Of a stretch of DNA of 64,000 nt, positions 48,910-56,737 are shown one piece after another. The stretch is from Candidatus Zixiibacteriota bacterium (GTDB taxonomy: Bacteria; Zixibacteria; MSB-5A5; GN15; JAAZOE01): the NCBI GenBank assembly GCA_036480375.1, contig JAZGGI010000016.1, positions 32,682 to 96,681 of the forward strand. Direction: 5' to 3'. A program made the translations under genes and the position numbers. The notes below the pieces were generated by a model that made no database searches, was not told where the DNA came from, and was given only the letters and a program-made list of their open reading frames with translations. Each line of letters begins with the position of its first letter. The stretch's first letter is position 1.

Positions 48910-49353
48910 ATGACAAGTCTTATCAATGAAGATACTACCCGAAAAATCAGGCGCCCGGCCGCTAAAGCTTTGCAGGTCTTTGATATCCATACCAAGCAAT
49001 TAATGGGGCATACTCTCGATTTATCTCTTGAGGGTATGAAACTAATGAGCGCTTATCCTCTCAGAGTTCATCATCTGTATTTTTGCCGGGTGCCGCTGGA
49101 CAAGGAAATTTATGGATACCGTGAGCTTTCGTTTGATGCCGAATGCCGCTGGTGCAGGAAAAACGAAGAAACCGGATTTTATAATTCCGGGTATGTTCTC
49201 AAATTTCATAAAGCCAAAGATATTGAAATTATTGAGACGGTCCTGCGCGACTGGTTGATGGATCATTCCCAAAAAATCAATTCTCATCTTAAAGTCGAAC
49301 GGCGCAAACAACCTCGTTTCCTTCCCCGCATTTTCAGAAAAAAGAAAAAGTAA
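48910..49353 (+). CDS. PilZ-domain (c-di-GMP-binding) protein
   Basis: RKIRRPAAK (RxxxR) and DLSLEGM (DxSxxG) motifs. 147 aa. Confidence 0.7.
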   Translation: MTSLINEDTTRKIRRPAAKALQVFDIHTKQLMGHTLDLSLEGMKLMSAYPLRVHHLYFCRVPLDKEIYGYRELSFDAECRWCRKNEETGFYNSGYVLKFHKAKDIEIIETVLRDWLMDHSQKINSHLKVERRKQPRFLPRIFRKKKK

Positions 49354-49364
49354 TTATCTCGCAG

Positions 49365-49387
49365 GGCAGGATCCCCGCGATCCTGCC
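49365..49387 (+). terminator. GC-rich hairpin downstream of the PilZ gene (no T-run)
   Basis: GGCAGGATC cccgc GATCCTGCC, 12 nt after the stop. Confidence 0.35.
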
Positions 49388-49886
49388 AATCAAGTACCCC
49401 AAAATGGGTTTGTTTCCTCAGATTAACGTTTTGGGTCATATCAAATCGGTGGTGATTACGAAAGGCGGGGGCCTGTTTTTGGCTGTCGCGCAGATGATCT
49501 GAACTTTTGTCAAGAAATTAGTCATTTATCTTATTCCAACCAATTGTACACACCCCGTCCCCGTTACACGGGGCCACCCCTCTCAAGAGGGGGAAAATAA
49601 ATGCGATTATTTGCCTATCAAACCCGCGAAGGATCCGAAGAGGTAATTGTCGGAATCCGGAAGAGTTATCCACATTTGCATTTCTGAAAAATCCTCATAT
49701 ATGAGTGTGTTTGTGTGGGTTACAGCGAATTGGGTTCGTTTTGTCCTTTTTAGTACTTTCGAAAGTTCTGTTGGATAAAAGGCGAAGAGTCTTTGTCAAA
49801 TTATCCGTGTTGATATCGTCTTGAGTCCGCTATGTGAATTATTAGTCTTCATCCTATAAAAGTGGGGGAATTCGGAAATTGCATTG

Positions 49887-50010
49887 GATTGGTTGGATAA
49901 ATGTAGATGCTCTATGCGGGGACCCACAGGAAAAATAAGCTTTGCCTATTTTTGGGATGGCTTTCAGTGCCACAGCAAGCTGTGGTCCACCGGCCAGATT
50001 GGTTGGATAA
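49887..50010. repeat. 14-bp direct repeat GATTGGTTGGATAA (x2, 110 bp apart) bracketing an imperfect long hairpin
   Basis: Copies at 49887-49900 and 49997-50010. An inverted near-copy TTATTCCAACCAAT lies at 49531-49544. GGACCCACAGG (49920-49930) can pair with GCTGTGGTCC (49979-49989). Confidence 0.6.
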
Positions 50011-50189
50011 TTGTTTATGTTAAATATATTCCTATTGCTATTGACAAATATTCTTTAGATATTTATAATTTAGGTAAATCGGTAATTATTCTGACATTGC
50101 GAGAGTTTCTAAAGGATTTGATTTCATGTTTCGCCTTAATATACTGAGAAACTATAAGTGGCTGAATTGATATAATGTAAAGGTAGCCA

Positions 50190-50924
50190 ATGGATAATCT
50201 TGTGAATTTTATTCCGTTGCCCGTAGCTCTTTTGTCAATCATTATGAGCGTGCTGGCGATTATCATAAGTTTTCTTAAAATGAAAAAACTACAGTCCGAA
50301 TTTAGAAAGCTCCTAATGGAACGCGAAATTCTAAAGGAAGAATTGGAGAGTTACCGTGCCACGATACTTCATCCAACATTAAAGGATATAATATGGCATG
50401 GCGGAAAAATCGGAAGTTACTACAATAATTTACTTGGTGGAAGCGATACTGATAACCACCATAAAGATTACAAAAAACCTGAAAAGTGCAAAACAAATGA
50501 GGAAAAAAAATTACATGGATTTTATATCTCGCCCGAGGCTTTCACGGCTGTGGGTGCCTTACTTGCCGGTACACTCATTGGGCAGTTCTTATCAATACTC
50601 TGGTACCTTCTAGCTATTGTAATTGTTTCATATGTTATATGCTTCTCTATAGACTATACGATAATAGGCAGATTTGAGACCCTCTCAACATGGTCAATCC
50701 CGCGCTCTGAAATGCGAAAGCTCAATAAGGTTTGTATTGGATTGTATTTATCACGGCTCTTATTCTCTTTGGGAATTGTGTACCTGTATTATTGGTTGGG
50801 AGTACCGAATTCATTACCTTTCCCCAGAGGGGCAGAATTCGCATTAAGCCAAATACTTGCTACTTTGCCTGTTATTATTGTCTCATTTATTATTAAAAAA
50901 TTACAAATAAGGTCCGTTGGTTAA
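50190..50924 (+). CDS. hypothetical membrane protein (orphan, AT-rich context)
   Basis: 244 aa with an N-terminal TM helix, a charged coiled segment and ~4 further TM helices. Extended -10 TGATATAAT at 50168-50176. Confidence 0.5.
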   Translation: MDNLVNFIPLPVALLSIIMSVLAIIISFLKMKKLQSEFRKLLMEREILKEELESYRATILHPTLKDIIWHGGKIGSYYNNLLGGSDTDNHHKDYKKPEKCKTNEEKKLHGFYISPEAFTAVGALLAGTLIGQFLSILWYLLAIVIVSYVICFSIDYTIIGRFETLSTWSIPRSEMRKLNKVCIGLYLSRLLFSLGIVYLYYWLGVPNSLPFPRGAEFALSQILATLPVIIVSFIIKKLQIRSVG

Positions 50925-51116
50925 GCATTTCATATTTCGCTAATGAGTATTATTTTCATTACTGTGCATATCTATCCGTACTCAATTTGCCCCGGCCATG
51001 ATCGGAAATTCATGCAGGGTATAAAACAACATTCAATGTTAATCCTTCCATACCGTTGGAAGCGTGCACCAATCCCATAGTTAATGCTCGTTCGCAATGA
51101 CATGATATTGGTTTTG

Positions 51117-51373
51117 GACGACAACTCAAGAGTTGTCGCTACAAGGTATTTGGCTGGAGCCCGATGGGCTCCATCCCTACGACTGGATTCCCGACTCGAC
51201 TCCCGCAAAGCGGGAAACTCTCGGGAATGACAGACAATATGTCGGTACACCAGGGGCGTACGCTAACCACGACAACTCAAGAGTTGTCGCTACACAAATG
51301 ATTGGGTGACGACAACCCGAGGGTTGTCGCTACAAGCTAACCACGACAACTCCAGAGTTATCGCTACACAAAT
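51117..51373. repeat. four copies of a ~28-nt hairpin-forming repeat (CGACAACTCAAGAGTTGTCGCTACA) plus other nested hairpins
   Basis: Copies at 51117-51144, 51268-51295, 51308-51335 and 51342-51369. Spacings are irregular (123, 12 and 6 nt). The long spacer holds GGAGCCC-gat-GGGCTCC and nested ATTCCCGA...TCCCGC-aaa-GCGGGA...TCGGGAAT hairpins. Confidence 0.8.
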
Positions 51374-51449
51374 TAACTAATCATTTACAGCAATAACAGG
51401 AATAGATAATAATGGAAATTGTCAGACTGTCTGGGAGGGAAGTAAAAAA

Positions 51450-51521
51450 AGGCGGCTTCCGGATTCGAACCGGAGAATACAGGTTTTGCAGACCCGCGCC
51501 TTACCACTTGGCTAAGCCGCC
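51450..51521 (-). tRNA. tRNA-Cys (GCA)
   Basis: Hand-folded cloverleaf: acceptor GGCGGCT/AGCCGCC, anticodon loop CTGCAAA, T-loop TTCGAAT. 72 nt, no encoded CCA. Confidence 0.9.
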
Positions 51522-51534
51522 TAAAGATAAAAAA

Positions 51535-51607
<73 letters not shown>

Positions 51608-51628
51608 TTGTTTATTTATCAGCGTTTT

Positions 51629-51656
51629 AATATACGCATGCCCCAAAGTTTGTCAA
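51629..51656 (-). promoter_or_regulatory. sigma70-type promoter of the tRNA-Gly/tRNA-Cys pair
   Basis: Minus strand reads TTGACA (51656-51651), 16-nt spacer, TATATT (51634-51629), ~20 nt before the tRNA-Gly 5' end. Confidence 0.6.
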
Positions 51657-51974
51657 TAGAATTTTTTGAACATTATTATCATCTATTATTTCGGCAAAAC
51701 GATTGCGAGGCTTTAATATACGCCGGCTAACGCATGTTCATGGCAAGTTTGTCAAGATAGCTGACATACTACGGTGTAAGTTCGGCTACTTTTTTGCGCC
51801 AGCGGTTAGTAAGACTGAATATCTCCGCGTGTGTGATCATGTTAGAAGAGGTCGCGGCAGGCTTCAACTATCAGAGAATCCCTAAAGATTATAAGTGAGC
51901 ATAATAGGAGTACAATTCCAATTATTGCGGATTTGGAAACAGTGGATAGGTTTATCGAAAAATTCTCGGACATA

Positions 51975-53450
51975 TTATTTTTTGGATAAGGCGACATTAT
52001 ACAATTCGACATATTTGCGGGCAGAGGCATCCCATGAATTATCTTTGCTCATGCCATTTTTCATGATCTGTCGCCATTTACGTTTTTTGGAAAAATGTCT
52101 GACAGCTTGTTTGATGGAGGTCATCATCGCTTTGGCGCCGTATTTTTCAAATAGATATCCAGTCCCGGTACCATAATCAAAATCAACCTGCTCGATGGTA
52201 TCAGCCAAACCGCCGGTGGCTCTGACAATTGGAACGGTTCCGTATTTCAGACTGTATAGCTGATTCAGGCCGCATGGTTCATATCGGGAAGGCATGAGAA
52301 ACATATCGGCTCCGGCTTCTATTCTATGGGCGAGAGTATTGTCATAAGTGATGAAAGCCTTGAGTTTGTCGGGAAATCGTGTTTGTAAATCCTGAAGGAG
52401 CCTGTGGTATTTTTTCTCACCGGTTCCCAGAATTATCATTTGGATATCTAATGAAAGCAATTCGTCGGCGGCCTTACTGAGCAGGTCAAATCCTTTTTGG
52501 TCAGCCAGGCGGGAAATCATTCCGATTAATGGTACATTGTCGCGCGGGGGAAGGTTTGCGTGTTTTAGCAGTTCGATTTTATTAATCTTTTTCCCGGAAA
52601 AATTCTTTTGGTTGTATTTTCGGAAAAGATGCTTGTCTTTGGAAGGCGACCATTCGTTGTAATCAACTCCGTTTATAATGCCATATAAATCGTCGCTTCT
52701 TTCTTTGAGGACGCCTTCAAGACCGGCGCCATATTCTTTGGATGATTGGATTTCTTTGGCGTAGGTTTGAGAGACGGTACTGATGACATCGGCGTAAATT
52801 ATTCCGGCTTTGAGGAAATTAAGTTTACCCCAGAATTCGAACGGCCGAGTAGCGTAAAATAGATCTTTTTCCAAGCCGAGTTTATCAAACGAAGCATCGG
52901 GGAAAAGACCTTGATAAGCCAGATTATGAATAGTCAGGATAGATTTGATTTCGGCGTATTTAATATCCTGCTCATAGGCGGTTTTGAGGAAGGCCGGCAG
53001 AAGCGCGGTTTGCCAGTCATTGGCGTGGATAAGGTCGGGATGAAATTTAATTCTGGGCAAAAGTTCTAAAATACCGCGGCAGAAAAATAAGAAGCGGTCG
53101 TCATTGTCGATGTAATCTTTGCCGGTTTTGGGATCACGATATAATTCCGGCCGGTCATAAAAGAAATCATTGCCGATGAATAAGTATTCGAGGTCGTGTT
53201 TATTATGGACGAGACGGATAAGGTCAAGCGAATGAGAAGCTTTATCGATATCAATATCAAACGTGATATCATCCTGGGCGTTATTCATGAGATTCTCAGG
53301 TATGGCTGAATATCGGGGGAGGGCAACTTTTACGGCATGGCCAAGTTCGGCGAGTTTTTGAGGCAGCATCCCGGAGACGTCGGCGAGGCCGCCGGTTTTG
53401 ACGAAAGGGACCGCTTCGGAGGCAGCAAAGAGAATTTTCAGTTTTTGCAT
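51975..53450 (-). CDS. glgA: glycogen/starch synthase
   Basis: N-terminal KILFAASEAVPFVKTGGLADV motif and GT5 architecture. 491 aa. Confidence 0.9.
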   Translation of the reverse strand: MQKLKILFAASEAVPFVKTGGLADVSGMLPQKLAELGHAVKVALPRYSAIPENLMNNAQDDITFDIDIDKASHSLDLIRLVHNKHDLEYLFIGNDFFYDRPELYRDPKTGKDYIDNDDRFLFFCRGILELLPRIKFHPDLIHANDWQTALLPAFLKTAYEQDIKYAEIKSILTIHNLAYQGLFPDASFDKLGLEKDLFYATRPFEFWGKLNFLKAGIIYADVISTVSQTYAKEIQSSKEYGAGLEGVLKERSDDLYGIINGVDYNEWSPSKDKHLFRKYNQKNFSGKKINKIELLKHANLPPRDNVPLIGMISRLADQKGFDLLSKAADELLSLDIQMIILGTGEKKYHRLLQDLQTRFPDKLKAFITYDNTLAHRIEAGADMFLMPSRYEPCGLNQLYSLKYGTVPIVRATGGLADTIEQVDFDYGTGTGYLFEKYGAKAMMTSIKQAVRHFSKKRKWRQIMKNGMSKDNSWDASARKYVELYNVALSKK

Positions 53451-53477
53451 CTGAAAGTACTCCTATACCTTTCAGAT

Positions 53478-54518
53478 TCAGGTGGAGACGGATTCGCTGG
53501 GCAATTCCAATTCTCTCAAAAATTGGGCTCCATCTTCGGGACGGGTGGGATTGATGTAAAAGCCGGTGCCCCATTCAAATCCGGCAACCCTGGTCAGTTT
53601 GGGAATAATTTCTATATGCCAGTGAAAATAATCGCGATATTCATTGCCAACCGGAGATGTATGTAAAATATAATTGAAAGGCGGGTCGGCCAGTCCAATT
53701 TTAAGTTTCATCAGGATGCGCCTTAGTATGGTGGCGAGTTCTTCATGCAATTCCATGTCGGTATCGATATAATTGCTTGAATGAGTCTTGGGAAGCAGCC
53801 ATATTTCAAAGGGGAAACGGCTGGCGTAGGGAGCAAAAGCCAAAAATGAATCCGATTCCTCGACAACGCGTTCTTTATCGGTGATTTCCTGACGGATGAT
53901 GTCACAAAAAATACAGCGTTCTTTGTATTCGTAATGTTTTTTGGCGCCTATTACTTCTTCGGCGACTCGCTTGGGGATAATCGGAGTGGCGATCAGCTGG
54001 CTGTGACTATGTTCAACCGAGGCTCCGGCGGCTTGTCCGTGATTTTTGAATATCAGAATATATTTGAATCTGGGATCACGCTGAAGATCCATGTAGCGAT
54101 CGCGATAAGACCAGAGAACATCTTTTATTTTGGAAATGGGCAAATCAACCAGGTCAAGATTATGGTCGGGTGTTTCAATAATAACTTCGTGAGCTCCCAC
54201 GCCGTGCATTTTGTCGTAAATGCCTTTGGGTTCACGGCTCAATTCGCCCTCGATTACAAGGGCAGGGTATTTATTGGAAACGACTCTGAGCGACCATCCC
54301 GGCCGATTTGATTCGGAACCGTCTTCACGATAAGATATAATTTCCGGAGGGGTAGCGGATTCATTCCCGGGACAAAATGGACATGCCCTGGGAGCGATGC
54401 GTTTTTCATTTTTGGGAAATTGAGCCGGGCGCTTGCCGCGTTCGGTAGAAATGATAACCCATCGTCCAATTATGGGGTCTTTGCGAAGTTCCGGCATTAA
54501 ACTCTCCATGTTTGCCAA
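53478..54518 (-). CDS. GalT-like HIT-family hexose-1-phosphate nucleotidyltransferase / NDP-sugar phosphorylase
   Basis: Zn motif CPFCPGNE and the active-site HSHSQL (HxHxQ). 346 aa. Lies immediately upstream of glgA in the same orientation. Confidence 0.75.
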   Translation of the reverse strand: MANMESLMPELRKDPIIGRWVIISTERGKRPAQFPKNEKRIAPRACPFCPGNESATPPEIISYREDGSESNRPGWSLRVVSNKYPALVIEGELSREPKGIYDKMHGVGAHEVIIETPDHNLDLVDLPISKIKDVLWSYRDRYMDLQRDPRFKYILIFKNHGQAAGASVEHSHSQLIATPIIPKRVAEEVIGAKKHYEYKERCIFCDIIRQEITDKERVVEESDSFLAFAPYASRFPFEIWLLPKTHSSNYIDTDMELHEELATILRRILMKLKIGLADPPFNYILHTSPVGNEYRDYFHWHIEIIPKLTRVAGFEWGTGFYINPTRPEDGAQFLRELELPSESVST

Positions 54519-54633
54519 TTAGAGCTCAAAATATGCCCGAATTGGGTTTGTGTCAAGAAATTAACTGTTTTAGAATCTTATCGGCGAATATGACAAAACA
54601 ATAAACGGCTAAACGGGTTAAGCGATCATATCG

Positions 54634-55899
54634 CTATAAATTCCCCAGCCGATTTTCAAATATATGGCTAAAGATATTTTCAACAGGCGAATTCATTTTT
54701 ATGTTTCGTCTTGCCATTGAAGCGCGGGCAACCTCAATGGCTTTGTCCAATTTGTATATATCGTATCCTGATTCGTCGCCCCAACTAAATGAAGGGACTT
54801 CGCTTGAAGTCACCAACGTGCCACCGTAAATATTGCACGAAAAGCCGATTGAAACGCCGGTATTTATCAGGGTGTCGATACCGGTCTTGGTGTGATCGCC
54901 GATGAAACATCCGATTTTCATACATCCGGTATTAACGTTCTGTCCATTCAAAGTGACCGAGATATCTTTGTAATTATTTTTTAAATCGGAATTGGTGGTC
55001 ATGGCTCCGAGATTGACCCAACTGCCCAAGTAGGCGTGTCCCATAAAACCGTCGTGGTATTTGTTGGTGTAGCCCTGAAAAATAGAGTCTTCGACTTCAC
55101 CCCCGACGCGGCAAACCGGTCCGAATGAACATCCTTCACGAATGTGGCTTCGGAATACCTGTGTCTCCCGTCCAATATAACAGGGGCCTTCAATAAATGA
55201 CAACGGACCGATGACAGCGTTTTCATCAATTATGACCGGGCCTTTTCTATTGTCGATGACGCAATTGGCTCCGATTTCTGCATTGGCGGCAATGTAGAGA
55301 TTGTCCTGAGATAAAATTCGAGCGCTCGAGTCGATGGAGGCGCTATCGATCATTTTGGAGAGATCAAAATCGCTAAAATAGGCCGTATAATCGGCGGATA
55401 TTTCGTTTCCGTTTAAATTTACCAGATCCCAGAGGTAATTATAAAATTCAAATTCACCCTGTATGAGATCGGCCTTTACGCCCATTAATTGGGATTCACT
55501 GTCGCCAGTAAAATTTATATCCTGAGAGTCTGAATTAGGAAAGTCTTCGCAGATTACGACGGCGGCCGTGGTTTTGTCGTGCAAGAATATCCGATTTTCA
55601 GTACAGGTTTTTATTTCGTTAACCAGTTTCGGTCCGAGGCGCAGGCGGCCGTTTATGAAAACCAGTTTATCGCCTCCCTGATAGTCAATCGTGTTTACTT
55701 CGGAGTTGGCTTCTTGCCGGAGGGAGGGCGCAATTTCTTCGCGGCATGAATAAGCGAGGGTGTAATCTACGAAATTCTTCGCTATTTTTTCCCATAATTC
55801 GAAGGCCCCGCATCTAAGCGTAAAAACGGGGCGATTAAGAGTCAGGGGGTGGAAATTGACGTAATTATTATCTTCAAAAATAATGAGCTTATTTGCCAT
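54634..55899 (-). CDS. putative sugar nucleotidyltransferase-like protein with left-handed beta-helix C-terminal half
   Basis: Hexapeptide-repeat region (IGANCVIDNRKGPVIIDENAVIGPLSFIEGPCYIGRET...). The N-terminus (MANKLIIFEDNNYVNFHPLTLNRPVF) lacks the canonical GxGxR nucleotide-binding motif. Confidence 0.5.
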   Translation of the reverse strand: MANKLIIFEDNNYVNFHPLTLNRPVFTLRCGAFELWEKIAKNFVDYTLAYSCREEIAPSLRQEANSEVNTIDYQGGDKLVFINGRLRLGPKLVNEIKTCTENRIFLHDKTTAAVVICEDFPNSDSQDINFTGDSESQLMGVKADLIQGEFEFYNYLWDLVNLNGNEISADYTAYFSDFDLSKMIDSASIDSSARILSQDNLYIAANAEIGANCVIDNRKGPVIIDENAVIGPLSFIEGPCYIGRETQVFRSHIREGCSFGPVCRVGGEVEDSIFQGYTNKYHDGFMGHAYLGSWVNLGAMTTNSDLKNNYKDISVTLNGQNVNTGCMKIGCFIGDHTKTGIDTLINTGVSIGFSCNIYGGTLVTSSEVPSFSWGDESGYDIYKLDKAIEVARASMARRNIKMNSPVENIFSHIFENRLGNL

Positions 55900-55969
55900 T
55901 TGATACCTATCCAGTCTAAATTAGATCATAATCTGATGAATTTAAATATCTTCCGCTTACCTAAGTCAA

Positions 55970-56446
55970 TTAAAAATGCTTTTCCCGTTTCATAATGTAT
56001 TTGAGCAGGGGATACCCGAGCAAATAGCAAACAACGGTTTGTCCCAATAAAATCTCAGCTACACAAATCAAGTAGGGGATTTCATACAGATAGCTAATAT
56101 ATACTGATACGCCAAAGGCGTTTATAACAATGGGGGGAATTGGAGCGAGATAGGTCTTTTTTGTTTTTCTCAAAAGAAAAGTTAACCAGGCAGCCAATAG
56201 TGTCAGTAATGAGCCAAAAATAACATCCGTGATACCGGCTGGGCCAAAAATGTTTGCCAGAAGACAACCGACAAAAAGCCCGGCGATAGCCCCCGGATAG
56301 ACAAAGGGTAAGACAGTTAAGGCTTCGGCAATGCGGAATTGGATATTGCCGTAACTGATAGCCGAAATGCCGGGAGATATGGTGATGGCAAAATACACGG
56401 CGGCGATAAGTCCCGCTATCGCAATTTGTCGGGCGTTAGATTTCAC
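55970..56446 (-). CDS. queT: QueT-family queuosine-precursor transporter
   Basis: 158 aa with QueT-like motifs (SYGNIQFRIAEALTVLPF, DVIFGSLLTLLAA). GTG start with no SD sequence. Confidence 0.75.
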   Translation of the reverse strand: MKSNARQIAIAGLIAAVYFAITISPGISAISYGNIQFRIAEALTVLPFVYPGAIAGLFVGCLLANIFGPAGITDVIFGSLLTLLAAWLTFLLRKTKKTYLAPIPPIVINAFGVSVYISYLYEIPYLICVAEILLGQTVVCYLLGYPLLKYIMKREKHF

Positions 56447-56559
56447 TTTTAGAGGGTAGTCAACTGTTGACGATTTGTCAATCGAATTTTAATATAATTA
56501 CATTACCTAAAATATGTGTATTTTATTGTGGTTCAATAACAAAGGATGCAAAATAATCC

Positions 56560-56588
56560 TTGACACAATTTGAACTTGGGGATATATT
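56560..56588 (+). promoter_or_regulatory. candidate promoter upstream of the 1709-aa gene
   Basis: TTGACA (56560-56565), 17-nt spacer, TATATT (56583-56588). A second candidate has TTGACA at 56691-56696 with GAATAT at 56715-56720. Confidence 0.35.
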
Positions 56589-56737
56589 TGAGGTGAGTCA
56601 TTTCATATTTGTTGCAGCCAAAGAATTACTATTTGCGAGGGGTTTGTTGGTAGTCGTTTTTTGCGGTTAAATACTTCCTGGTTGCAGGGCTTGACACTAA
56701 AAATATATTTATGTGAATATACGCAAAGGAGTTAGCC

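Noticed and set aside
49540-49600. CCCCGT..ACGGGG and CCCCTCTCAAGAGGGGG hairpins, considered as a structured ncRNA or gene fragment.
   Set aside because: These are short GC hairpins of a type common as dispersed palindromic elements. There is no supporting ORF, promoter or recognisable RNA family.
49653-49663. 11-nt match (GAATCCGGAAG) to the 3' end of tRNA-Cys, considered as a possible att site delimiting an island.
   Set aside because: The match is in inverted orientation relative to the tRNA gene, whereas att duplications are direct repeats. It is also short and could be chance.
51117-51373. Possible small CRISPR array (four similar ~28-nt palindromic repeats).
   Set aside because: The spacings are 123, 12 and 6 nt rather than regular 30-40-nt spacers. 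The repeats fall into two alternating subtypes. There are no cas genes and no leader. REP-like hairpins fit better.
56447-56560. preQ1-I riboswitch upstream of queT (CCCTCT followed by an A-rich tail).
   Set aside because: No complementary AGAGG P1 strand lies within the required ~15 nt upstream, and the predicted promoter leaves no leader. A covariance-model scan is needed for certainty.
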